From Deltaproteobacteria bacterium (GTDB lineage: Bacteria; Myxococcota_A; Polyangia; JAAYKL01): DNA of 64,000 bases. This document shows, piece after piece, positions 37,014 to 47,063 of this stretch. Position numbers and translations under genes: made by a program. Under the pieces are notes generated by a model. It made no database searches, was not told the DNA's origin, and saw only the letters and a program-made list of their open reading frames with translations. The stretch covers positions 73 to 64,072 of the forward strand of contig JAKQNG010000046.1 of the NCBI GenBank assembly GCA_029565915.1, written 5' to 3'. The stretch's first letter is position 1, and the number at the start of each line of letters is the position of its first letter.

Positions 37014-38507
37014 ATGAGCGATGCCAGCGGATTTCCGAAACTCACCGCGCAGGAGGCGGCGGAGACCATCCACCACGGCGATGTGATCGGCGCCAGCGGT
37101 TTCACCCTGTCCGGATATCCCAAGGCGGTACCTGTCGCTCTGGCGCAGCGGGCCAGGGAGTTTCACGACCGGGGCGAGCCCTTCCAGGTTGCCGTGTACA
37201 CGGGCGCCAGCGCCGGCGAGGAAATGGACGGCGAGCTGGCCCGGGCCCGGGCAATTTCCCGGCGCTATCCCTACCAGTCCCATCCTGACCTGCGTTCCGC
37301 CATCAACGACGGCAGCATCGAGTTTGTCGACTTCCACCTGTCCCACATGGCGCAATACGTACGCGCGGGATTTCTTCCCAGACCCACGGTGGCCCTGGTG
37401 GAAGCAGTGGACGTGACGCCCGAAGGCCACATCTATCTGTCCACATCGGGAGGATCTTCCGCTTCCTACCTGCAGATGGCGGACCGCATCATCATTGAAA
37501 TCAACCGGTTCTATGGCGACGGCCTGAAGGGCTATCACGACGTGTTCATTCCCGCACCACCGCCCGGTCGGCAGGAAATTCCCGTCTTCCGGGTGAGCGA
37601 TCGCATCGGTCAGCCCTTCGTCGCAGTGCCCCGGGACAGGATTGCCGGCATTGTGGAAACCGAGGCACAGGACAGCACCCGCCCGTTCAAGGAGCCCGAC
37701 GCAACCGCCCGGGCCATTGCCGGCCACATCGTCGAATTCCTGAAGCACGAACACCGACAAGGACGGCTGCCGGACGGCCTGCCTTTCCAGTCGGGTGTGG
37801 GCAACGTGGCCAATGCAGTGCTCGCCGCCATTGCAACCGAGCCCTCCATGAGTGCCATCTCCCTGTACACGGAGGTCATCCAGGATTCCCTCTTTCAGCT
37901 CGCGGACAATGATCGACTTCTGTTCGCATCCGGCACGGCCATCACGCTGTCGCCAATGGCCCAGATCCGGTTCCGCCGGGAACTGGAGCTGTTCCGCAGC
38001 CGCGTCATCCTGCGCCAGCAGGAAATCTCCAATCACCCCGAGCTGGTGCGGCGCCTGGGTGTGGTGGCCATGAACACGGCGCTGGAAATGGACATCTTCG
38101 GCAACGTGAATTCAACCCACGTGCTGGGTTCATCCATGATGAACGGCATCGGCGGCTCCGCGGATTTCACCCGCAACGCGTACCTGCCCATCTTCATGAC
38201 ACCGTCCACCCAGAAGGGCGGCCGCATCTCCGCGGTAGTACCCATGGTGACCCACGTGGACCACAGCGAACATTCCACGAAAATCTTTGTTACGGAACAG
38301 GGACTCGCCGACGTGCGGGGACTCGCACCCGTGGCCAGAGCCCGCCGGATCATCGACCAGTGTGCCCACCCGGACTACCGTCCCCTGCTGATCGAATATC
38401 TGGAATACGGCCTGCGCCATGCACCGGCCCGGCACACGCCCCATGTGCTTGACCGCGCCTTCGAGTTCCACATCCGTTACCGGGAAACCGGCACCATGCG
38501 GGTCTGA
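37014..38507 (+). CDS. Acetyl-CoA hydrolase/transferase family protein (Cat1/AarC-like succinyl-CoA:acetate CoA-transferase)
   Basis: ATG at 37014 with AGGAG RBS. Length ~500 aa. N-terminal ...GDVIGASGFTLSGYPKAVP... and overall similarity to the Ach1/Cat1 family. Confidence 0.75.
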   Translation: MSDASGFPKLTAQEAAETIHHGDVIGASGFTLSGYPKAVPVALAQRAREFHDRGEPFQVAVYTGASAGEEMDGELARARAISRRYPYQSHPDLRSAINDGSIEFVDFHLSHMAQYVRAGFLPRPTVALVEAVDVTPEGHIYLSTSGGSSASYLQMADRIIIEINRFYGDGLKGYHDVFIPAPPPGRQEIPVFRVSDRIGQPFVAVPRDRIAGIVETEAQDSTRPFKEPDATARAIAGHIVEFLKHEHRQGRLPDGLPFQSGVGNVANAVLAAIATEPSMSAISLYTEVIQDSLFQLADNDRLLFASGTAITLSPMAQIRFRRELELFRSRVILRQQEISNHPELVRRLGVVAMNTALEMDIFGNVNSTHVLGSSMMNGIGGSADFTRNAYLPIFMTPSTQKGGRISAVVPMVTHVDHSEHSTKIFVTEQGLADVRGLAPVARARRIIDQCAHPDYRPLLIEYLEYGLRHAPARHTPHVLDRAFEFHIRYRETGTMRV

Positions 38508-38519
38508 CAACAGCGCCGT

Positions 38520-39443
38520 TCAGAATGCGCCGTTCAGCAGTCGCGAAAAACCGATGGAATAGGCGGCAAGGGCCCACTGGCCGATGAAGAGGTACTGCAC
38601 GGCCCCGAGTGCAAGAAAGGGCCCGAAGGGCACCCGTGCAGCAGTGACAGAAACGTGCTGTGCGTCCTGCGGGCGTTCCGTTCCGTCCAGCTCTTCCTCA
38701 AATACGGGTTCGTTCGCCAGGCCGTTGCGCCGACGCACGGCCACCATGGCAAGGCCGATGACGAGTCCCTGCAGGGCCCCGGCAAACAGGGCGAACAGCA
38801 CGCCTTCAAATCCGAGGAAGGCGCCCAGCATGGCGAGCAGCTTGGCATCCCCGTGTCCCATTCCCTGACGCCCCCGGAGCAGGCGGTACCCGTCGATGAA
38901 CAACAGGCGGATGCCCGCATAGGCGGCCGCGGCGGCGAGCAGCGGCTCCATCCAGCCCAGCGGAAGAAAGAACGCGTTGGCGAGGCATCCCGCCACAATG
39001 CCGGGTAGCACGATGACGTCCGGAATGAGGTAGTGGGACAGATCGATCATCGCAACCGTGACAAGGGACCAGACAAAGGCAAACCAGATCACGTATTCCA
39101 GAAGACCCGCAGGCTGGAGGACATCCGCCCGAAGGAAGGTGATGTGCATGACCGCGACGGAGAGCAGAGCCATGGCCAGCTCCACCAGCAGGTACCGGGG
39201 TGAAAAGGCGGCGCCGCAGTGCCGGCAACGACCCCGCAGGATGATAAAAGAAACGATGGGAATGTTGTCGTACCAGCGGATGGGCGCCTGACAGGAAAAA
39301 CAGTGGGACCCGGGCCGCACCACGGACAGTTCCCTGGGCCAGCGCACAATCACCACGTTGGCAAAGGAACCCCACAGCGCGCCGAAAATGAAGGCGAGAA
39401 TAATGAATTGAAAATGGGGAATGGCGTTCAGCAGCTCGGGCAC
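38520..39443 (-). CDS. pilD: Type IV prepilin leader peptidase / N-methyltransferase PilD (peptidase A24)
   Basis: N-terminal CFSC...CRHC zinc motif, multiple TM helices, GDAKLLAMLGAFLG. Confidence 0.85.
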   Translation of the reverse strand: MPELLNAIPHFQFIILAFIFGALWGSFANVVIVRWPRELSVVRPGSHCFSCQAPIRWYDNIPIVSFIILRGRCRHCGAAFSPRYLLVELAMALLSVAVMHITFLRADVLQPAGLLEYVIWFAFVWSLVTVAMIDLSHYLIPDVIVLPGIVAGCLANAFFLPLGWMEPLLAAAAAYAGIRLLFIDGYRLLRGRQGMGHGDAKLLAMLGAFLGFEGVLFALFAGALQGLVIGLAMVAVRRRNGLANEPVFEEELDGTERPQDAQHVSVTAARVPFGPFLALGAVQYLFIGQWALAAYSIGFSRLLNGAF

Positions 39444-39488
39444 ATTTGCACCCTACCACATCCTGTTGTTCGGGCGTATGCTTTGTGC

Positions 39489-39938
39489 ATGCCGAAGGTG
39501 AAATTGCACAGACTCGCGCGCTATCCCTTTTCCACAGAGCTGGACGTTCGCGTGGGAGACCTCAATTACGGTGCCCACCTGGGTTACGACCGGGTGCTCA
39601 CGCTGGCCCATCAGGCGCGGCTCACCCTCTTCCAGCAGTGGAACGTCACCGAGATGGATCTGGGGGACGGGACCACGGGCCTCGTGGTGGGGGATGTCAT
39701 CGTAAATTACCTCGGCGAAGGTTTCCTGCACGATCGGTTGATCGTGGAAATCGGCGCCGTGGAAACAGGGGCCATCACATTCCGACTGGCCCATCGATTT
39801 TCCAGAAAGGCCGACGGTGCCGATGTGGCGATGGCCGAAATCGGATTCGTGGGCTTCGACTATGGACGCCGCATGCCCTCCCGATTGCCTCCGTCCTTTA
39901 GCGCGCAACTCGCCGGCATTTCCGGGGGCGGATTGTGA
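39489..39938 (+). CDS. Hot-dog fold acyl-CoA thioesterase (4HBT-like)
   Basis: 149-aa protein MPKVKLHRLARYPFSTELDVRVGDLNYGAHLGYDRVLTLAHQAR... in thioesterase-superfamily arrangement. Start inferred by frame from the track ORF. Confidence 0.55.
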   Translation: MPKVKLHRLARYPFSTELDVRVGDLNYGAHLGYDRVLTLAHQARLTLFQQWNVTEMDLGDGTTGLVVGDVIVNYLGEGFLHDRLIVEIGAVETGAITFRLAHRFSRKADGADVAMAEIGFVGFDYGRRMPSRLPPSFSAQLAGISGGGL

Positions 39939-40447
39939 TCGGCGCCGCACAGGCCCTGTTGGGCGTCCTGTCCGATACCCACGGAGACGTGCCCGGATGG
40001 GTGCTGAAGCTGTTTCATGCAAAGAACGTGACGGCCATCATCCACGCGGGGGATGCGGTGGACGACACAGCGGTTTCCCGACTCTCGTCCATTGCGCCTT
40101 TGACCATCGTCCGCGGCAACATGGATGTCCGGGGCGATCAGAGCGCCGTGGTGGAGTTCTGCGGGCATTTCGCCTATGTGGTCCACAGCATCGATCATCT
40201 GGACATCGATCCGGTGGCCGCAGGCATGAAGGTGGTCATTACCGGTCACACCCATGTGCCGTCCATCGAATGGCGGAACGGCATTCTCTACCTCAACCCC
40301 GGCAGTGCCAGTCATCCCCGCTGGGGCAACCCACCCTCTGTCGCGATCATCGAAGTAGAAGGCCGTCAACTCCGGCCCTCCATCTGGTTTGAGGACAGCG
40401 TGGGAAACGCGACACCGGCGGCAGGCACCGCCGGGCTCAATTTCTGA
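39935..40447 (+). CDS. Metallophosphoesterase, YfcE/MJ0936-like
   Basis: GTG start overlapping the previous stop (GTGA). LSDTHGD, IHAGD, GHTHVP motifs. Confidence 0.75.
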   Translation: MIGAAQALLGVLSDTHGDVPGWVLKLFHAKNVTAIIHAGDAVDDTAVSRLSSIAPLTIVRGNMDVRGDQSAVVEFCGHFAYVVHSIDHLDIDPVAAGMKVVITGHTHVPSIEWRNGILYLNPGSASHPRWGNPPSVAIIEVEGRQLRPSIWFEDSVGNATPAAGTAGLNF

Positions 40448-40468
40448 GCGACGCAGCAAAACCGCCTG

Positions 40469-41776
40469 TTACATCCGCCGTTCGGTGACGATCTCCACGG
40501 CTGCCGGGGCCGTGTCGAGGATGGTGAACGCGGCGTCAAGCAGGTGACGGGCCTCTTCGGCGCCGATTCCGTTGTGATGCAGAAATGCAAGTCGATTGCC
40601 CGCGACCACCAGCGAACCGCGGGACACGGCAAGCTCCACTCCCGTTGCCGGATCCACCGGATCATCCTTCCGCTCTCTTCCCGCGCGCACAGACAGGGCC
40701 GCGTGGGCCACCTTCAACGGATCGATGTCAGTGATAAAGCCACTGCGGGTTGCCGTGATCTCCGTTCGGTGCCGGGCCGCCGGCAGGCGACGGACATCCG
40801 TGCACACATCCGGATTGCCCCCTTGCCTGTCAATTACGGCCGCAAATTTCGACAGGGCCGACCCGTCGTCCAGCGCGGCGGCCATCCGGGCGCGACCGCC
40901 GTCCAGGGACGGAGCCACCCCTCCCAGCAACAGCATGTGCGCCCCCAACTCCACGGTCAGGTACCGCGTGTCCGGAGGCCCTTCGCCGCGCATCACGTCG
41001 ATGGCCTCCCGCACTTCCAGCGCATTGCCGACAGTACCGCCCGTGGGCGCATTCATGTCCGTCAGCAGTGCGTGCACGTCCTTGCCGGCTGCCCGTCCGA
41101 TGCCGGAAAGGGTGTCCGCCAGCTGCCGGGCCCGATCGATGTCCCGCATGAACGCGCCCTTTCCCCACTTCACGTCCAGCACCAGCGCGTCGATGCCTTC
41201 GGCCAGCTTCTTGCTCATGATGGATGAGGCAATGAGGGGAATGGACTCCACGGTGCCGGTCACATCCCGCAGGGCGTACAGCTTGCGGTCAGCAGGCGCC
41301 GCGTCCTGCGTCTGGCCGATGAGGAACAGCCCTTCGTCTTCGAGCAGGCGCTCCGCCGCTTCATTGGAGAGGTTCACGTTGAAACCGGGAATCGACTCCA
41401 GCTTGTCCAGCGTGCCACCCGTGTGCCCCAGTCCCCGGCCCGATATCATGGGCACCGGAACACCGCACGCCGCCACCGCCGGTGCCAGGCACAGAGAAAT
41501 CTTGTCGCCGACGCCGCCGGTGGAATGCTTGTCCACCTTGATGCCGCGCAGCCGGTCATGAACCATCACCGCGCCCGAGTGGAGCATGGCATCGGTCCAG
41601 GCGGCAAGTTCCCCATCGGTCATGCCGCGAAAATAGATGGCCATGAGCAGGGCGGATATCTGGTAATCCGGAATGCCGGCGGATGTCACCCCATCAATGA
41701 CCGCGCGGATTTCGTCTTCGTGCAGGATACCACCGTCACGCTTCTTTCGAATCAACTCCGGAATGCGGATTGCCAT
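40469..41776 (-). CDS. deoA: Thymidine / pyrimidine-nucleoside phosphorylase
   Basis: DKHSTGGVGDKISLCLAPAVAACGVPVPMISGRGLGHTGGTLDKLESIPGF aligns closely with DeoA/Pdp. Confidence 0.85.
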   Translation of the reverse strand: MAIRIPELIRKKRDGGILHEDEIRAVIDGVTSAGIPDYQISALLMAIYFRGMTDGELAAWTDAMLHSGAVMVHDRLRGIKVDKHSTGGVGDKISLCLAPAVAACGVPVPMISGRGLGHTGGTLDKLESIPGFNVNLSNEAAERLLEDEGLFLIGQTQDAAPADRKLYALRDVTGTVESIPLIASSIMSKKLAEGIDALVLDVKWGKGAFMRDIDRARQLADTLSGIGRAAGKDVHALLTDMNAPTGGTVGNALEVREAIDVMRGEGPPDTRYLTVELGAHMLLLGGVAPSLDGGRARMAAALDDGSALSKFAAVIDRQGGNPDVCTDVRRLPAARHRTEITATRSGFITDIDPLKVAHAALSVRAGRERKDDPVDPATGVELAVSRGSLVVAGNRLAFLHHNGIGAEEARHLLDAAFTILDTAPAAVEIVTERRM

Positions 41777-41918
41777 TGGTGAAGTGTATCACGGCCATCA
41801 CCTGCCGCAACGGTATCATTGGAACCGACCTGATCAGCGAGCCCCCATTGCCCCCTCACCGCGCCCCTTGAAGAAAAACGTGAGGAAAGGAGGGGCGTTG
41901 TCAGGTGGGGGCAAATGC

Positions 41919-43613
41919 CTATTTATCAAGTGCGTTGCGGATGCGGGAGCCCAGTTTCTTGAACGGGTTGCGTCGGGTTCCTGACTCTCCGGATGCCGGA
42001 TCGTCCTCTGGTGGAGGTGCCTCTTTCTTCTGGGCAGCCGTACGCCTCGTTCGGTTCGTGACCGGCGTTTCCTGAGCGTCTTCGCTCCCTGATGACGCAG
42101 CCGGCTGCGGCTGTGCATTCCGGGTTTCCGAATCGGACGCCACCTTTTTGACAACAGGTGCGCGCTCCGCCGCTGTGTAAGCGATCCGCAGATCGACAGA
42201 AGGTGTAATGGAGATGTTCATGCGTTCTTTTCCGCGCACTTCCACCCGCAGAGGAACCAGCGTATCTCCCTGCTTCACCCGGAACGGATTCTGCGTAACG
42301 ATGGAGCCGTCATAAAACACCACTGCCTTTTTCGGCAGACCGGTAATGTGGATTTCAACGGAACTGCCCCTGCTGGAACACAGACCAATCAACAGCGCTG
42401 CAGAAATGATCAACGCCGCACCAGCCCGATAGTGATTTTTCCTGGGACTGTCCATCAGCGCAAACCGGGCTTTCTGCATCCATCGCCGAAAGGTGGATGC
42501 CGGACCGGCAAGGGCCATGTTTCCGCCTCCTGCTCCGGTCGGGACAGCGAGAATCGTGTGGTCATTTTCAGGCCCGGTCGTTCCACCGGCCATCATGGTG
42601 GCCGCTTCCAGCTGCGACGTGCGCTGTTTCACCAGCTCTTCCAGAATCCGATCCGCGGAAGGGCCACGGGGTTCCTCAACCGGTGCGCCCAGATCCCCCG
42701 CCGCCGCTGATGACGTGGACATCCGCTCTCCCAGCTTCCGCAGGGCCTCCAGCCGCTCTTCCGCCGGGCACAGGGCCCGCAGGGCACCCGTCATTTCCTC
42801 GGCGCTTAAAAACCGCTCCCGGGGGTCCTTCGCGATCGCCTTTTCGATCACTGGCCAGGCGGCCATGGGAAAATCCGGGAAGACCTCCTGCGGATGTCGC
42901 GGATCGCTGGTCAGGATGTTGGCGAACAATTCATTGTAGGTGTCACCTGCGAAAGGCGTGGTGCCCGTCAGCATTTCGTAAAGAATGATGCCCACCGCGT
43001 AGATGTCCGTGGTGTGGTTCAGGTCCTTCGCTCCCCGGGCCTGCTCCGGCGACATGTACGCCGGCGTGCCCATGGTCGTACCCTCCACCGTCAACCGGGT
43101 CACCGTGCTGTCCTGAAACTTGGAGATGCCGAAATCGATGAGCTTCACATCGGGTTCGCCGTCCGTGGGGCGGGTGACAAATATGTTGTCCGGTTTGAGA
43201 TCCCGGTGAATGACGCCCTTCCTGTGGGCAGCGCCGATGGCCGCCAGTGCTGGCTCAAGGATGGCGCATGCAGCGGGCAGATCGAGACGCTGTTCCTGTG
43301 CGAGGATGGCGTCGAGGCCGCGGCCTTCGAGAAATTCCATGACCAGGTAAGGCTCCCCGCCCGCCGTTACGCCCATGTCCAGCACGTCGATGATATTGCG
43401 GTGGGCAATGGCAGCTGCGGCCCGGGCCTCCCGGAAGAATCGTTTGACCACTTCTTCGTTGGTGACGAGGAACGAATGGAGGAGCTTGATGGCCACCCGC
43501 CGACCCACTGCCACATGCTCCCCCATATAGACGGAGCCCATGCCCCCTTCGCCGAGTTTTTTCGAAATGAGGTATTTGCCGTCCAGCAGTTGTCCGGTGA
43601 AGTCACCGTTCAT
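41919..43613 (-). CDS. Hanks-type Ser/Thr protein kinase with TM segment and C-terminal PEGA-like domain (paralogue of 13643..15253)
   Basis: GEGGMGSVYMG, VAIK, HRDLKPDNIF, DFGISK. TM ALIISAALLIGLC. PEGA-like VEIHITGLPKKAVVFYDGS...LRVEVRG. Start at MNGDFTGQ. Confidence 0.85.
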   Translation of the reverse strand: MNGDFTGQLLDGKYLISKKLGEGGMGSVYMGEHVAVGRRVAIKLLHSFLVTNEEVVKRFFREARAAAAIAHRNIIDVLDMGVTAGGEPYLVMEFLEGRGLDAILAQEQRLDLPAACAILEPALAAIGAAHRKGVIHRDLKPDNIFVTRPTDGEPDVKLIDFGISKFQDSTVTRLTVEGTTMGTPAYMSPEQARGAKDLNHTTDIYAVGIILYEMLTGTTPFAGDTYNELFANILTSDPRHPQEVFPDFPMAAWPVIEKAIAKDPRERFLSAEEMTGALRALCPAEERLEALRKLGERMSTSSAAAGDLGAPVEEPRGPSADRILEELVKQRTSQLEAATMMAGGTTGPENDHTILAVPTGAGGGNMALAGPASTFRRWMQKARFALMDSPRKNHYRAGAALIISAALLIGLCSSRGSSVEIHITGLPKKAVVFYDGSIVTQNPFRVKQGDTLVPLRVEVRGKERMNISITPSVDLRIAYTAAERAPVVKKVASDSETRNAQPQPAASSGSEDAQETPVTNRTRRTAAQKKEAPPPEDDPASGESGTRRNPFKKLGSRIRNALDK

Positions 43614-43690
43614 GGCCGACGATTGTACCCGAAGCATCCGACAATACAACGCCGGTTCTCTTTGTTCACTGTGATGGGATTATCTGTGTC

Positions 43691-45382
43691 ATGAAGCGTC
43701 TGTTGCTCATCTGTCCCCCGTTTGCCCACTGGTCGCTGTCGTCCATCGCCATTGCCCAGATAGCGACCTTCCTGCGTTGCCGTGGCGTGTCGTGTGAAGA
43801 GGCATACCTCCATCTGGAGTTGATGCGCCTGATGGGCAGGGAACGCTACGGCGAGGCGATTGAGCGGAGACGGGGCAACGCGGCGGAACTGCTGTTTGCC
43901 GAAGACCTGCACGGCACTCTTTCTCCGGCATTTCAGGAAATCCTTTCTGTCCATTTCGGCGATCGGGCGGCGCGCCGGAATCTGCTGGAGCGGTTTGCGA
44001 CACGGTGCCTCCTGCGGGTGCGAGAGGCCGTACCGGACATCATCGGATTCACCACCTCCCACAATCAGCTGATGGCATCCCTGTGGCTGGCCCGGCGATT
44101 CAAAGAGGCCGGATGTAACGCAACGATAGTGTTCGGCGGGGCCGCCTGTTCGGACGGCATGGGACGGGCCCTGCTGCGCCACTATCCCCAGGTGGACAGG
44201 GTCGTCAGCGGCTTCGGCGAAATGCCCCTTCTGCACCTGTGCGCCGACAATCCGCCACCCTGCCGATTCATCGATCAGCCCGACCCGATGCCTTTCGACG
44301 ATCTTCCGCCGCCGGACTACCATCCGTTTCTGCACGAGGCAATGGCCGCCGGGCTGGCCCGGGAGGAAATCGCTCTGGTCGTGCAGAGCGCCCGGGGCTG
44401 CTGGTGGGGCGAAAAACACCACTGTGCCTTCTGCGGTGTCCACCGCCGGGGCCTTGTCTGGGAGGAAAAGCCGGGCGACCGCGTCGTCGTGGATATCCGC
44501 ACCCTCTTCGAACGCCATCGGTGCACCATCGTCGCCGCCGACTGCATCCTGTCACGCCGCCACCTGAACGAGGTGATTCCCCAACTGGCCGCCTTTGACG
44601 AAAAACCGTCCATTTTTCTGGAGCTGAAAGTGAACGTGACGCAGGAGCAGGTGAAGGAGCTGGCCCGGGCCCGCGTCAGCGCCCAGTTCGGCATCGAAAC
44701 CCTGTCCACACGGCTGCTCGCGCTGCTGCGCAAAGGGACGACAGGCATCCGTGCGCTGGCGGTGCTCAAGTGGAGCGCCGAGCGGGGCCTTCTTGCCCAG
44801 TGGAATCTGCTCCACGGCATTCCGGGCGAAGGAAAGGGCGACTACGATGCCCAGGCCGCCATCATGGAATGGATTCCCCACTTTCCGCCGCCGCGGATCC
44901 TCAGCCCCATCCACTTCGACCGGTACAGTCCCTACTTTGAAAACCCCGGTGCATTCGGCCTGTCGACATTCAGGCCCGAAGCGACTTACAAAGAAGCCCA
45001 TCCGCAGCTCGCGGACACAGAGCTGTCGCAGATGGCCTGGCACTTTGAACGGACCGACGCCGGCCCCGCGCCGGAGTGGTTTCCTCGCTTTCACGCGTCG
45101 TTCGAGCGCTGGCAGGAGCGCCATGAGCGAGGCGATGGTCTCTTCCTTCATCCGCGCAAAGGGCTCTTCCGCCGGCGCGACGGGGAGGATGCGTTCATCC
45201 ACCTGCCGCCCCGGGGCGAGCATGTGCTGGGCTGCACCCACCGCCTGATGTCGCTGGACCGGCTGAAAAGCGAGACCGGCTGCGACGACGGCCTGCTCGG
45301 CGCCATGGAAGAAGAGGGATTGCTGTTCATCGAAGGGGAGCGGGCCCTGAACCTGACAGTCCGCATGGCCCTGCCGGATTGA
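43691..45382 (+). CDS. B12-binding-domain / radical-SAM-like enzyme with atypical Cx7Cx2C cysteine motif
   Basis: N-terminal Rossmann-like B12-binding-type domain (LLICPPFAHWSLSSIAIAQIATFL...). Core QSARGCWWGEKHHCAFCGV. About 560 aa, like RiPP/B12-rSAM subfamilies. Function unknown. Confidence 0.55.
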   Translation: MKRLLLICPPFAHWSLSSIAIAQIATFLRCRGVSCEEAYLHLELMRLMGRERYGEAIERRRGNAAELLFAEDLHGTLSPAFQEILSVHFGDRAARRNLLERFATRCLLRVREAVPDIIGFTTSHNQLMASLWLARRFKEAGCNATIVFGGAACSDGMGRALLRHYPQVDRVVSGFGEMPLLHLCADNPPPCRFIDQPDPMPFDDLPPPDYHPFLHEAMAAGLAREEIALVVQSARGCWWGEKHHCAFCGVHRRGLVWEEKPGDRVVVDIRTLFERHRCTIVAADCILSRRHLNEVIPQLAAFDEKPSIFLELKVNVTQEQVKELARARVSAQFGIETLSTRLLALLRKGTTGIRALAVLKWSAERGLLAQWNLLHGIPGEGKGDYDAQAAIMEWIPHFPPPRILSPIHFDRYSPYFENPGAFGLSTFRPEATYKEAHPQLADTELSQMAWHFERTDAGPAPEWFPRFHASFERWQERHERGDGLFLHPRKGLFRRRDGEDAFIHLPPRGEHVLGCTHRLMSLDRLKSETGCDDGLLGAMEEEGLLFIEGERALNLTVRMALPD

Positions 45383-45388
45383 GGCGTT

Positions 45389-45922
45389 TCATCCGGCGGC
45401 AGACACGCGCATCTGCGACAGTCGCTCCATTGCCAGATCCCGCACGAAGCAATCCGGATCCCCCGCTGCCGCCCTTTTCAGAATGTCCTCGTCGTCCACC
45501 CGGGACAGGGCCGCCCGCCGCACCCAGGGGCAGGGATCCAATGTGGCAACCCGGATCAGGAGAAGCGGATCTGCCAGTCGCGAGGCAGCGGCTTCCCGCA
45601 CTCCGTCCGGTTGATCATCGCCCACCAGTCTTGCGCACAACTCCGGTGAGTCCCGCTTTTCAACCGCCGCCACCCGCAGGTCTTCATCGGGACATCCGCG
45701 CGCCAGTTGCTCCAGCAGCGCGCTGTCCTCGATGCGATGGAATGCAGCCCACCGGACCAGCGGATGGGCATCTTCCATGGCCAGTTCGAACAGGCGTATG
45801 TCGTCCTCCAGCTCGCCGGCCACAACCATCCGTCGGGTCCAGTGCGCATCGCCGCGCAGCTGTTCCATCAGCCGTTCCTGCCTTGACGGGCCTTGTCGAA
45901 ACAGGCGGCTCAGTAGTCCCAT
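45389..45922 (-). CDS. HEAT/PBS-lyase-type repeat protein
   Basis: Repeated ...D.VR..A...L helices (HPLVRWAAFHRIED, DLRVAAVEKRD, DGVREAAASRLAD, CPWVRRAALSRVDD, DCFVRDLAMERL). Start at the internal Met with a GGAAGGA RBS. Confidence 0.5.
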   Translation of the reverse strand: MGLLSRLFRQGPSRQERLMEQLRGDAHWTRRMVVAGELEDDIRLFELAMEDAHPLVRWAAFHRIEDSALLEQLARGCPDEDLRVAAVEKRDSPELCARLVGDDQPDGVREAAASRLADPLLLIRVATLDPCPWVRRAALSRVDDEDILKRAAAGDPDCFVRDLAMERLSQMRVSAAG

Positions 45923-46093
45923 GGTCCGTTTCCTTCCGGCAGAACAGGTGATCTGCCGACAGTGAAATCCCGCAGCACGTGAGGATGGGAACCGCCTGTT
46001 CCAGCATCCGGCCACCCCCTAAAACCGTGGACGGCGGCGGCAGAAATGATATGGTGTGCGCCTGTCGGAGGCGGCAGCGACAAGGAGCAACCG

Positions 46094-47032
46094 ATGAAAC
46101 GCGTGGACCAATCCGAAACCGGCTTTTCCGACCTGACCTGGTCGCCGGATGGAACACAGGTGGCGTATGTGCGCGGCGAAGACGAAATCTGCCGGTCAGC
46201 CGTAGACACGGACGCTGTTCCGATGATGGTGGCCCGGGGAGTCTGCCCCGCCTTCAACGTTGATGGCGGCATCCTGTTCGAAAAGGGCGATGAAATCCTG
46301 CTGAACAGGAATGGAACCACTGCCGTATTCATCGGCCGCAGCGATGTCATCGAAGGCACTGCCAAACGGCGACCCTGCACCTCAATGGACGGAAAGAGCC
46401 TGCTGTTCGTCATTGATAACGTGTTTCATAAGGACAGCCAGTCAAAAAACGCCTGGCCCTGGCGCACGTTTCTGGGCATGGCCCGGGCCACTTCTGCCCC
46501 CCGGCCGAAAATCCTGCCCCGGCAGCAGTGGTACGGCGGGGACTTCACGTTTCTGCCGGACGGCGGGTTCCTCCACTACGAATACGATTCCACGGCCGGG
46601 GCGCGCATCCATATGGTCGACGTGAACGGCGAGACGGTGTTTACCACCTTCGGACTGTATCCGGCCGTGTCTCCGGACGGACGCCGTCTGGCCTGCAAGC
46701 CCAAGGGCGGCCAGGCGCTGGTCATCCACACCCGCCGCGGCGACACCTGGAACGGGGAAGAGCTGGACACGGTGGTCTGCAAACTGCCCGAGGGCGGCCG
46801 GCTCAGCGGTTCACCGCCCATCTGGACAGACAACCGGTTTGTGCTGATGGACGAAAACAACCAGCTCTTCCGGGTGGATACGCGCAATCAATCCGTTGAG
46901 GAAATGAAAAAAATCCCCGCCCCGGCCCTCCGGGGCAGCCACACCATGGCCATCTCGCCGGACCGCGGCCGGCTGGCGCTGGAAGTGCCGGTGGACGGCG
47001 GCTTTGAAATCCGCGTGGTCGATCTGGCGTAG
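46094..47032 (+). CDS. PD40/TolB-like beta-propeller repeat protein
   Basis: AAGGAG RBS. Repeated WSPDG / SPDGRRLA / ISPDRGRLA motifs typical of PD40 repeats. No obvious signal peptide. Confidence 0.5.
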   Translation: MKRVDQSETGFSDLTWSPDGTQVAYVRGEDEICRSAVDTDAVPMMVARGVCPAFNVDGGILFEKGDEILLNRNGTTAVFIGRSDVIEGTAKRRPCTSMDGKSLLFVIDNVFHKDSQSKNAWPWRTFLGMARATSAPRPKILPRQQWYGGDFTFLPDGGFLHYEYDSTAGARIHMVDVNGETVFTTFGLYPAVSPDGRRLACKPKGGQALVIHTRRGDTWNGEELDTVVCKLPEGGRLSGSPPIWTDNRFVLMDENNQLFRVDTRNQSVEEMKKIPAPALRGSHTMAISPDRGRLALEVPVDGGFEIRVVDLA

Positions 47033-47063
47033 TCATTGACCCGTTGCATCAGGAGTTCGTTTC

